64,000 bases of DNA. Origin: Eubacteriales bacterium. Its GTDB lineage: Bacteria; Bacillota; Clostridia; Oscillospirales; CAG-272. A program made the translations under genes and the position numbers. The notes under the pieces were generated by a model. The model did no database searches. It saw nothing but the letters and a program-made list of their open reading frames with translations, and was not told the origin of the DNA. Numbering within the stretch: the first letter of the stretch is position 1; every line of letters starts with the position of its first letter. Location of the stretch: the NCBI GenBank assembly GCA_048526005.1, contig DBFVEH010000003.1:64257-128256 (forward strand), read 5' to 3'. This document shows positions 36,283 through 43,661 of this stretch, piece after piece.

Positions 36283-38130
36283 TCACGAAAACTGAGAACG
36301 GTACAGCGTACTGTAAAAGCCGCCCGCCTGCATCAGCTGCTCATGGCTCCCGCTCTCGGTGATACGCCCGTTTTGCAGAACCAAAATCAGGTCGGCGTTC
36401 TGAATCGTGGAAAGCCGGTGCGCGATGACAAAGCAGGTGCGTCCCCGCATCAGCTCGGACATCGCCTCCTGGATCTTGATTTCCGTCCGCGAATCCACAT
36501 TGGAGGTCGCCTCGTCCAAAATCAGCATCGTCGATTCCGAAAGCATCGCGCGGGCGATCGTGATCAGCTGCTTCTGTCCCTTGGAAATGTTGATTCCGTC
36601 GTCCGACAGAACCGTATCATAGCCGTCCGGCAGATGCTCGATGTAGGAATCGATTCTCGCAGCCCGCGCCGCCGCACGCACCTCTTCCATGGTAGCGTTC
36701 TCTTTTCCGTATACGATATTTTCCAGAATCGTCCCGTGGAAAAGCCACGTATCCTGCAATACCATGGTATACGCGCGACGCAGGGAATCGCGTTTGATTT
36801 CCCCGATCTCGCATCCGTCCACATAAATACTGCCGGAAGTTGCATCATAGAAGCGCATAAGAAGATTGATGATCGTCGTCTTGCCCGCTCCCGTGGGACC
36901 GACGATGGCGATGGTGCGCCCCGGCTCCGCGAGCACGGAAATGTCGTTCAGAATCGTTTTTTCCGGCGTATAGCCGAAAGTGACATGCTCGAGCGCGACC
37001 CGTCCCGAAGCCTCGGAAAGCGGCACCGCGCCCTCGGCGTCCGCGCGCTCCGGCTCCTCGTCGATGATGCGGAACACGCGGTCTGCCGCCGCAAAGGCGG
37101 ACTGAAATTCATTCAGAATATTGGCAAATTCGTTGATCGGTCCGGCAAACTTTCTCGAATACTGAACAAACTGCGCCACCCCTCCGAGCGTGATGAAAAA
37201 GAGGGTGCCCTCCGCCGCCGTGCCGTTCTGCGAATACATATAAAGGATACCGCCGAAGATCATGACCAAGGAAATGGACAAATTGTTGATAAAGTTGACC
37301 GACGGACCGAGAAGCGCTCCGCAGTATTCCGCGTCGTAATAGGCGTCCATCGCATCGGCATTGCGGCGGTCGAAGCGCGCGCCGATCTCCTCTTCCCTAT
37401 TATATGCACGGATGGTCCCGCAGCCGGAAAGCATCTCCTCCGCATAGCCGTTGAGCTCGCCGAGCTTTCTCGAACGCTTGTGAAACAGCGGACGGACCCG
37501 CTTCGAGCGGTAGCGGGTAAATAAAATCGAAACCGGCACCGTTACGGCAAAAACCGCGATCAGCGGCTTTGAAATCTGCCACATGAAAACAAGTGAGCCA
37601 ATTACCGTGTAAATGCTCGTCATGACCTGCACAAGATCCTGTGACAAGGAGCTGTTGACCGTATCGATATCATAGGAAATCCTGCTGATGATGTCGCCGG
37701 TGGCATGCGTGTCGAAATATCCGACGGGGAGCGTCGTCAGCTTCTCAAAGAGCTGCCGCCGCATAGTATATACGATCTTTTGGCTCAAACGGATCATCAA
37801 CACCGCAAGAAAATAGGAAAGCACGGCGGAGGCGACATAGCATAGGAGCATTTTCACGACATTGTCCCACACCGCCTGAAAATCCACGCCGCCCTCGGCG
37901 GAGATGGCGTCGATGGCGTCGCCGGAATATTTCGGTCCGAGAAGCGAGAGCTGGTTGGAAACGAGCGTCAGCGCGACGGCAAGCAGGAACAGCGGCCAGT
38001 GCTTCATGATATAGCCGCCGAGACGGAGCATCACGCCCTTCGCCGTCCTGCGGTCGAGCTTTTTCTCGGAGCCCATCTTGTTCGGATTCGACTCCGCGCG
38101 GGGATCCTTCGCAAAATTTCCTTTATTCAA
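36283..38130 (-). CDS. ABC exporter fused permease/ATPase (heterodimer partner B)
   Basis: 6-TM domain plus NBD (GPTGAGKTT, ISKGQKQL, LILDEATS). The preferred start is TTG at 38130, 8 nt after GGAGG and overlapping the upstream stop. The alternative ATG at 38076 has no RBS. Confidence 0.85.
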   Translation of the reverse strand: MNKGNFAKDPRAESNPNKMGSEKKLDRRTAKGVMLRLGGYIMKHWPLFLLAVALTLVSNQLSLLGPKYSGDAIDAISAEGGVDFQAVWDNVVKMLLCYVASAVLSYFLAVLMIRLSQKIVYTMRRQLFEKLTTLPVGYFDTHATGDIISRISYDIDTVNSSLSQDLVQVMTSIYTVIGSLVFMWQISKPLIAVFAVTVPVSILFTRYRSKRVRPLFHKRSRKLGELNGYAEEMLSGCGTIRAYNREEEIGARFDRRNADAMDAYYDAEYCGALLGPSVNFINNLSISLVMIFGGILYMYSQNGTAAEGTLFFITLGGVAQFVQYSRKFAGPINEFANILNEFQSAFAAADRVFRIIDEEPERADAEGAVPLSEASGRVALEHVTFGYTPEKTILNDISVLAEPGRTIAIVGPTGAGKTTIINLLMRFYDATSGSIYVDGCEIGEIKRDSLRRAYTMVLQDTWLFHGTILENIVYGKENATMEEVRAAARAARIDSYIEHLPDGYDTVLSDDGINISKGQKQLITIARAMLSESTMLILDEATSNVDSRTEIKIQEAMSELMRGRTCFVIAHRLSTIQNADLILVLQNGRITESGSHEQLMQAGGFYSTLYRSQFS

Positions 38131-39847
38131 CAAAAGCACCTCCCATCTGCGATTCGCTGATCTCCTTATATTCCGCACAGGTCTCCATGAGGAAATCATG
38201 GTCGCCGATCCCGATGATCCTGCCCTCGTCAAGAACGATGATGACGTCGCAGTCCTTGATGGAGCTGACCCGCTGGGCAACGGTGACGACCGTTGTATCT
38301 TTCATATCCTCCCGCAGCGCCCGGCGAAGATTCGCGTCCGTTTTATAGTCCAGCGCGGAGGAGCTGTCGTCAAGCACAAGGATTTCCGGCCCTGCCGCAA
38401 GGGCGCGGGCAATCAGAATTCTCTGCTTTTGCCCGCCAGAAACATTGGTCCCCTTTTGAGAGAGCATGTGCGCGTAGCCCTCCGGAAAGGCAGAGATAAA
38501 ATCGTCCGCCTGCGCCGTCACCGCCGCCCGCACCACCTGTTCATGCGAAAGCTCTCTGCCGAATCTGATATTTTCCTCGATCGTATCGGCATAGAGAAAA
38601 TCGTTCTGCATCGCCGTGCCGAACATCGGATAAAGCTGCGCGCGCGGAATCGTCCGGATATCCCGTCCGCCGATGCGGATGCTGCCCGCTCCGGGATCGT
38701 AAAAACGCAGAAGAAGCTTCACAAGCGTCGATTTTCCGCTTCCGGTGGCGCCGATAATACCGAGAGAGCCGCCGCGCGGCACCGAAAAGCTGACGTCCGC
38801 AAGGTCGTCATGAGCGCCCTTATAGGAAAAGCTCACATGCTCGAATACAATATATCCGTCGTCGCTCTTACAAGGATATTCGTCCTCGCTTTTGACCGTC
38901 AAATCCTCCGGCATGTCGAGCACCTCTCCGATCCGCTTCGCGGAAGCGGCGCTTTTGGTGTACATGACGAAAATCCTCGTCACCGACATCATCGCCATGG
39001 AAATCAGCGTGAAATACTGCATGAACGCGATAACGGTCTCCGGATCGGATTTGTGTCCTGCGACGCGGGAGGCGCTGAGCGCGACGACGGCGACAATGCC
39101 GATATTCATAAACAGCGTCATGACCGGATTCACCGCGCTCATCGTGATTCCGGCGCGCTTTTCATCCTCCACGAGCGCCCTGTTGACCGTATCGTAGCGG
39201 CGGTGCTCGTATTCGGTTTTGGAAAGCGCCTTGATCACGCGGATGCCCTGCGTGTCCTCCCGCACGACGCGGATCATCTTATCCACGGATTTCTGCACCT
39301 TGGTATAGAGCGGCACGCCTTTCTTGGAAATGAAATACACCGTAACAAAAATCAACGGCAAAACGGCGATCATGGCCATAGCGAGATAGCTGTCCATGAA
39401 AAGCGTGATAGCGATCCCGCCGACAAGCAGGATCGGCGCACGCACGCCCATGCGCTGCATCATGCTGACAAAGCTATGTACATTGTAAGTGTCCGTCGTG
39501 ATGCGCGATTCCAGCGACGGGATCGTAAAGGCGTCCGTCTGTGCCGCCGACAGGTGCAGCGTTCTCTCAAAAAGATCATGCCGGACGTGCTCCGAAAAAT
39601 TCCGCGCCACGCGTGCCGCCATCCGATTCGCGCCGATGTTGCAGACACAGGCAAAGGCCGCGCAGAAGATCATGACCCCGCCCCAAAATACGATGGCGCG
39701 TATTTCCTGCAAGCCGACGACATTTTTCAAAATATGACTTAATATATAAGGAAGGGCAAGCTCGACCAGCGTTCCGGCTGACTTGATGAAAAGTCCCAGC
39801 GACATCCTGCCGTAATAGGGCTTCAAATATCTCAGCATCGTTTTCAT
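38123..39847 (-). CDS. ABC exporter fused permease/ATPase (heterodimer partner A)
   Basis: 574 aa. GATGSGKST, VSGGQKQR, LVLDDSSSALD. Confidence 0.9.
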   Translation of the reverse strand: MKTMLRYLKPYYGRMSLGLFIKSAGTLVELALPYILSHILKNVVGLQEIRAIVFWGGVMIFCAAFACVCNIGANRMAARVARNFSEHVRHDLFERTLHLSAAQTDAFTIPSLESRITTDTYNVHSFVSMMQRMGVRAPILLVGGIAITLFMDSYLAMAMIAVLPLIFVTVYFISKKGVPLYTKVQKSVDKMIRVVREDTQGIRVIKALSKTEYEHRRYDTVNRALVEDEKRAGITMSAVNPVMTLFMNIGIVAVVALSASRVAGHKSDPETVIAFMQYFTLISMAMMSVTRIFVMYTKSAASAKRIGEVLDMPEDLTVKSEDEYPCKSDDGYIVFEHVSFSYKGAHDDLADVSFSVPRGGSLGIIGATGSGKSTLVKLLLRFYDPGAGSIRIGGRDIRTIPRAQLYPMFGTAMQNDFLYADTIEENIRFGRELSHEQVVRAAVTAQADDFISAFPEGYAHMLSQKGTNVSGGQKQRILIARALAAGPEILVLDDSSSALDYKTDANLRRALREDMKDTTVVTVAQRVSSIKDCDVIIVLDEGRIIGIGDHDFLMETCAEYKEISESQMGGAFVE

Positions 39848-40287
39848 TCTTTCGCTTCTTCCCTGTCGTCCGAATATTTTTTAGCGCGCAATGCGAGCCG
39901 CTCCAAAAGCGCACGAAACTGCGCAAGCTCCGCCTCCGTCAGTCCCGCCGTCAGATATTCGTTCCACTCCTCCACAATACGCTTTACATCAGGAAGCACC
40001 TGCCGCATTTTATCCGTCGGATATACCAGCGTGACCCGTTTGTCCGCTTCGCTGTGAATACGGCTGACATACCCATGCTCCTCCAAATAAGCAAGGTGAC
40101 GGGTGACGCCGCTTTTATTGATGCAGATGTGCCTTGCAAGCTCCTCCTGAGAAATCCCGGGATTTCGGCAAATGACAAGAACATAGCTATGGTGGCAGGC
40201 TCCGAGCTCCGCGCCCCGGAGTCTGTCCGTGCGGTAAAGCCCCTCGCAGCGGCTGATCAGATTGATCTGACGCATGATCGTCGGCAT
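39844..40287 (-). CDS. MarR family transcriptional regulator
   Basis: 147 aa winged HTH (ISQEELARHICINKSGVTRHLAYLEEHGYV). 4-nt overlap with the ABC gene. Confidence 0.85.
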   Translation of the reverse strand: MPTIMRQINLISRCEGLYRTDRLRGAELGACHHSYVLVICRNPGISQEELARHICINKSGVTRHLAYLEEHGYVSRIHSEADKRVTLVYPTDKMRQVLPDVKRIVEEWNEYLTAGLTEAELAQFRALLERLALRAKKYSDDREEAKE

Positions 40288-40344
40288 AGACGGCTCCTTT
40301 CCTTATGTCCGCTCCCCGATCAAAATTGACGCGGCGAACAAAAT

Positions 40345-40415
40345 ATTCTAATGGTTGCGCAGGCAACCGTTGCATGCGCAACCATTAGAATAATACAGTT
40401 TCCCCTGTTTGTCAA
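40345..40415 (-). promoter_or_regulatory. marR operon promoter with an overlapping palindromic operator
   Basis: Minus strand: TTGACA (40415-40410), 17 bp, TATTCT (40392-40387). The 16-bp inverted arms ATTCTAATGGTTGCGC / GCGCAACCATTAGAAT (40345-40360 / 40376-40391) overlap the -10 element. Confidence 0.5.
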
Positions 40416-40475
40416 GAGGCATATCGAAAAACATCGGATCGGGATGAGCGCAACCGCACGGGTGACCCCAAGTCC

Positions 40476-40579
40476 GGGTGTCAAGACACCCAAAAAGAAA
40501 ACGAGATACCAAGGCGGTACCTCGTTTTTTTGGTGATCCATCGGAGAGTCGAACTCCGGACACCATGATTAAAAGTCAT
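40476..40579. repeat. Left 104-bp direct repeat (att-like) of the tRNA-Lys islet
   Basis: Matches 42134-42237 at a constant offset of 1658 bp with 3 mismatches. Contains the tRNA 3' part plus the downstream hairpins. Confidence 0.9.
40531..40579 (-). pseudogene. Orphan 3' fragment of tRNA-Lys (nt 28-76: anticodon-stem 3' portion, T-arm, acceptor 3' strand, CCA)
   Basis: Identical to the 3' 49 nt of the intact tRNA at 42189-42264. The 5' half is absent. Confidence 0.85.
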
Positions 40580-40599
40580 AAATACAGCTAAATCCACGG

Positions 40600-40628
40600 T
40601 TGACAAGCTCAAAAAGACATGCTATACT
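40600..40628 (+). promoter_or_regulatory. Promoter of cassette A small-peptide mRNA
   Basis: TTGACA (40600-40605), 17 bp, TGc-TATACT (40620-40628). Confidence 0.55.
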
Positions 40629-40686
40629 TTTGTCAGAATATGGTGAAAAAGGCGGTTAGCCAATCCACTGAAAGGTGGTGAGGCAT

Positions 40687-40755
40687 ATGGACTATATAAT
40701 TCTGCTATTGATACTTATAGTATTTTACGCAATTATAAAAGACATAAAAAAATAA
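40687..40755 (+). CDS. 22-aa hydrophobic peptide, type I toxin candidate (cassette A)
   Basis: MDYIILLLILIVFYAIIKDIKK: one TM helix plus a Lys-rich tail. The SD GGTGGTGAGG is partly sequestered by CCAC-tgaaa-GGTGG. Confidence 0.45.
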   Translation: MDYIILLLILIVFYAIIKDIKK

Positions 40756-40787
40756 CCGCCCAAGGCCAATGGTTGCGGTTATTTTTT
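40746..40787. terminator. Bidirectional terminator shared by the convergent RNAs of cassette A
   Basis: AAAAAAATAACCGC-15 nt-GCGGTTATTTTTT. Confidence 0.6.
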
Positions 40788-40835
40788 ATAACTAAAAACT
40801 TCGGCTAACCGCTTTTAACGGTTTCACCATATTCT
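40746..40835 (-). ncRNA. Putative antisense RNA of about 90 nt (antitoxin candidate, cassette A)
   Basis: Bounded by the minus-strand promoter at 40842-40870 and the bidirectional terminator. Overlaps the 3' end of the peptide mRNA. Confidence 0.35.
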
Positions 40836-40841
40836 ATTTTT

Positions 40842-40870
40842 ATTTTACACGAAGGAAATCGATTTGTCAA
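40842..40870 (-). promoter_or_regulatory. Convergent promoter of cassette A
   Basis: Minus strand: TTGACA (40870-40865), 17 bp, TGt-TAAAAT (40847-40842). Confidence 0.5.
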
Positions 40871-40890
40871 TACCTTATTTTCATTTATAA

Positions 40891-40919
40891 TTGACAAGTT
40901 TAAAAAGACATGCTATACT
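40891..40919 (+). promoter_or_regulatory. Promoter of cassette B small-peptide mRNA
   Basis: TTGACA (40891-40896), 17 bp, TGc-TATACT (40911-40919). 59 of 61 nt are identical to the cassette A promoter plus leader. Confidence 0.55.
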
Positions 40920-40978
40920 TTTGTCAGAATATGGTGAAAAAGGCGGTTAGCACTTCCTGAATAAGGAGGTGATGCGCG

Positions 40979-41065
40979 GTGATTACATACACAGAGTTTT
41001 TTACTTTTTGTTTGCTTATCATTGCTCTTATCAGTCTTATTGTAGACTTGATAAGAAAGAAGTAA
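40979..41065 (+). CDS. 28-aa hydrophobic peptide, holin-like type I toxin candidate (cassette B)
   Basis: GTG start 9 nt after AAGGAGG. (M)ITYTEFFTFCLLIIALISLIVDLIRKK resembles the M-x-TY...hydrophobic...KK pattern of small holin-like toxins of Firmicutes. The SD is fully paired by CACTTCCT (40951-40958). Confidence 0.5.
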   Translation: MITYTEFFTFCLLIIALISLIVDLIRKK

Positions 41066-41143
41066 CCGCCCCACGGTACGGGACGGTTACGATATAAAAT
41101 AGCTGATTCCGGCTAACCGCTTTTAACGGTTTCACCATATTCT
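41060..41143 (-). ncRNA. Putative antisense RNA (antitoxin candidate, cassette B)
   Basis: Runs from the minus-strand promoter at 41150-41178 to the hairpin GTAACCG...CGGTTAC (41062-41090), which is followed by a T-rich tract on the minus strand. Confidence 0.3.
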
Positions 41144-41149
41144 ATCTTT

Positions 41150-41178
41150 ATTTTACACGAGAGAAATCGATTTGTCAA
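41150..41178 (-). promoter_or_regulatory. Convergent promoter of cassette B
   Basis: Minus strand: TTGACA (41178-41173), 17 bp, TGt-TAAAAT (41155-41150). Confidence 0.5.
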
Positions 41179-41183
41179 TACCT

Positions 41184-41249
41184 ATGTCATACAATTTTCG
41201 TGATGCAGCGTTCCGATCGGATCCGCAGCGTGGAAAAATTGTATGACAT
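41184..41249 (+). terminator. Long stem-loop with a T-run between cassette B and the DUF2726 gene
   Basis: ATGTCATACAATTTT / AAAATTGTATGACAT, a 15-bp stem with a 36-nt loop, followed by TTTTTATTT on the plus strand. Confidence 0.45.
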
Positions 41250-41251
41250 TT

Positions 41252-41749
41252 TTATTTCAATAGCTTTTGAATAAGCTCGTCAAGATTTGCTTCACCATAT
41301 GTATGCGCAATCTTATAGCCGCATTTTTTCAAAACCTTATCGACGAAATCATCCCGTTCGGCACGTTCGGCGCTGTGATGGGTGCTGTCCTCTAATTCCA
41401 AGATAAATTTGACTGCCAAATTATCCGGATTGCAAAGTACGAAATCGACGTGCTTTGCTTTTATTTTTGCGAAATATTTCTCAAAAGCCATTCCGGTGAA
41501 ATAAGGATCCACTTGCACAAGATCGGCAAGGCGTACCTTTGCCAAAATATGCAGATTAAATTTATCTGCCGATTCTTTCAGTCGTTTATAAAATGCCCAT
41601 TCTGTTTTTGTCAATAAAAATTTTGATTTATAAGGCAGAATCTCATCTTTTTTGGGTTCTGGCGTTTCCGGTTCGGACGGCTTTTCTTTGACAATCTCAT
41701 GATCAACCTGTTCTTTATAGAGTGAATCGCAGCATCCAAACAGTCCCAT
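41252..41749 (-). CDS. DUF2726 (NERD/restriction-endonuclease-like fold) protein
   Basis: 165 aa, low GC. The pattern LLTKTEWAFYKRL...ILAKVRLADLV...HVDFVLC...ILELEDSTH...RDDFV matches DUF2726 as I recall it. Confidence 0.6.
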   Translation of the reverse strand: MGLFGCCDSLYKEQVDHEIVKEKPSEPETPEPKKDEILPYKSKFLLTKTEWAFYKRLKESADKFNLHILAKVRLADLVQVDPYFTGMAFEKYFAKIKAKHVDFVLCNPDNLAVKFILELEDSTHHSAERAERDDFVDKVLKKCGYKIAHTYGEANLDELIQKLLK

Positions 41750-41972
41750 TTTAAGTGTCCTCCGAAACTTATGAAATTTCTATATTTTTCCCTTTTTTGA
41801 TAGTATACACAAATTTGTGATATATTTCAAGATTAAAATACAAAATTTTCTATTTTTCCATGCAAGTTTCGCAAAGCATCAACAAACGTTTCAAACATGC
41901 GCTAATTTTTACAAATGTATAAAATCTGTTTTTTGCCCCTAAAATATATTATATAATCTAATATTACCCAAA

Positions 41973-42119
41973 CAGAATATTTACACCTTGCAGACGATCC
42001 TTGGGCATACGTCCCTTGAAATGGTGAAAAAATATCTGCATATCGCTCCCGGATATGTGATTGCAAACTTCGGAAAATACTCTCCTATCGACGTCAGAAA
42101 CGGACACCATGATTCTTGA
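41973..42119 (+). pseudogene. C-terminal remnant of a tyrosine recombinase (integrase)
   Basis: QNIYTLQTILGHTSLEMVKKYLHIAPGYV...* carries the LGH-x-S-x-x-M-x-x-x-Y-x-H catalytic-Tyr box, but no upstream integrase body is present. Confidence 0.6.
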
Positions 42120-42133
42120 TATCCTCAAAAAAT

Positions 42134-42237
42134 GGGTGTCAAGACACCCAAAACAAAAACGAGATACCAAGGCGGTATCTCGTTTTTTTGGTGATCCATC
42201 GGAGAGTCGAACTCCGGACACCATGATTAAAAGTCAT
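42134..42237. repeat. Right 104-bp direct repeat (att-like), overlapping the intact tRNA-Lys
   Basis: See 40476-40579. This copy keeps a perfect terminator stem (ACGAGATACC/GGTATCTCGT). Confidence 0.9.
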
Positions 42238-42264
42238 GTGCTCTACCTTCTGAGCTAATGGATC
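42189..42264 (-). tRNA. tRNA-Lys (anticodon UUU), CCA encoded
   Basis: GATCCAT-TA-GCTC-AGAAGGTA-GAGC-A-CATGA-CTTTTAA-TCATG-GTGTC-CGGAG-TTCGACT-CTCCG-ATGGATC-A-CCA folds as a canonical 76-nt cloverleaf. Confidence 0.9.
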
Positions 42265-42482
42265 ATTTTCAAAGCTTATCTAATATATCATATTTCACAT
42301 CATTTGTCAATATATTTTTAACAAATTTTATAAAAATATCCTGTGGATTAGTCTTTCCCGCCCCTATATTTTTATGCAAAAATTTTAACAAACGCTTAAA
42401 TTTCGATTCTCTCTTGAAAACTTTCGGCTCAGGGTATATACTGATCATAAGATCAATTTTAAGTGGCAAAGAGGAGACATTT

Positions 42483-43661
42483 ATGAAATTTCTTCACTCC
42501 TGCGGAGATCTCGATTTGTATGAAATCCTATCCGTCGCGGATTTAAAGCGGTTTATCTCCTTTCCCGATCGTCTTTATATAGGGAATCCGAATTATGTTC
42601 CGTCTCTTATGATGGACGAAATGGAAAATCTCAGAAAAGATAAAAATCCCGCGTTTGAATATTGCAGCGCACGCTATTTTATGGCGTTTCGCGGCAAAGA
42701 GCCAGTCGGAAGGGTCGCTGCGATCCACAATCGGCGCTTTAACGAGATCTGGAACAAAAGCTGCGTTCGTTTTTCCCGATATGACGTCATCGACGATATC
42801 GAGGTATCGCGTGCGCTCCTTGCAGAAGTGGAAGCTTATGCAAAAACGCTCGGCATGACCGAAGTGCAGGGACCGATGGGCTTCTGTGACCTCGATCATC
42901 AGGGACTGCTCGTCGACGGCTTCGACAAAAAGGGACTTTTTATCACCACCTACAACCATCCGTATTACATGGAGCATTTGGAAGCGCTCGGCTATGCAAA
43001 GCTCACGGATTGGGTGGAAATGATCATGGAAAAGCCCGAAACGCTCGATCCGCGAATCAAAAGGATCGCGGATTACTCCCTTGAAAAGCTGAATCTGCAC
43101 GAGGTTCATTTGAAAAAGACAAAAGAAATCCTGCCATATGCAAAAGACCTTTTTGATCTACTTTATGAGGCTTACAAAAATATCTACGGCGTCATTCCGC
43201 TGGACGACAAGCAGGTGGAGCTTTACATCGGACAGTTCATCACGCTCGTCAAGCCGGAATTTCTCACGCTGATCGTCGATGAAAACAACATTCCCGTGTC
43301 CTTCGGCGTCGTCATCCCCTCCCTTGCGGACACGGTGCGCAGCTGCAAGGGACGCCTCTTCCCTTTCGGCTGGGTCCATCTGCTGCGGTATTTTACCGCG
43401 AAAAAGCATGAGACGCTGGAATTTCTGCTGATCGCCACGCATCCGAAATACTGGAACAGCGCGCTGAATGCCGAGATCATCGTACATACCTTTGAGGGCG
43501 CCGAAAAATTCGGCATCAAGTATGCGGAAACAGGTCCCATGCTTGAAACCAATCTGCGCATCCAATCCATGTGGAGCAGATTCCATGCGGAAATCCACAA
43601 AAGACGCCGCTGTTATGTAAAGCCGGTCGGAGAAAAGCAGGAGGCGGGATCCGGCACATGA
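42483..43661 (+). CDS. GNAT-like acyltransferase-fold protein, function unknown
   Basis: ATG at 42483 after AGAGGAG, 392 aa. The family call is tentative, based on size and pattern as recalled. The 5' 75 codons of the ORF were rejected because they are AT-rich and overlap the tRNA. Confidence 0.4.
   Translation: MKFLHSCGDLDLYEILSVADLKRFISFPDRLYIGNPNYVPSLMMDEMENLRKDKNPAFEYCSARYFMAFRGKEPVGRVAAIHNRRFNEIWNKSCVRFSRYDVIDDIEVSRALLAEVEAYAKTLGMTEVQGPMGFCDLDHQGLLVDGFDKKGLFITTYNHPYYMEHLEALGYAKLTDWVEMIMEKPETLDPRIKRIADYSLEKLNLHEVHLKKTKEILPYAKDLFDLLYEAYKNIYGVIPLDDKQVELYIGQFITLVKPEFLTLIVDENNIPVSFGVVIPSLADTVRSCKGRLFPFGWVHLLRYFTAKKHETLEFLLIATHPKYWNSALNAEIIVHTFEGAEKFGIKYAETGPMLETNLRIQSMWSRFHAEIHKRRRCYVKPVGEKQEAGSGT

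Larger units (their letters stand above)
40580..42133. mobile_element. Degenerate integrative islet (about 1.55 kb of cargo) at tRNA-Lys
   Basis: AT-rich relative to its flanks, bounded by the 104-bp direct repeats, with an integrase 3' remnant next to the intact tRNA. Confidence 0.65.

Noticed and set aside
40348-40566. 72-aa ORF and its twin at 41964-42224, both sharing the start MVSGVRLSDGSPKKR
   Set aside because: The shared sequence is simply the translated reverse complement of the duplicated tRNA-Lys 3' part and its terminator. It is not a protein family.
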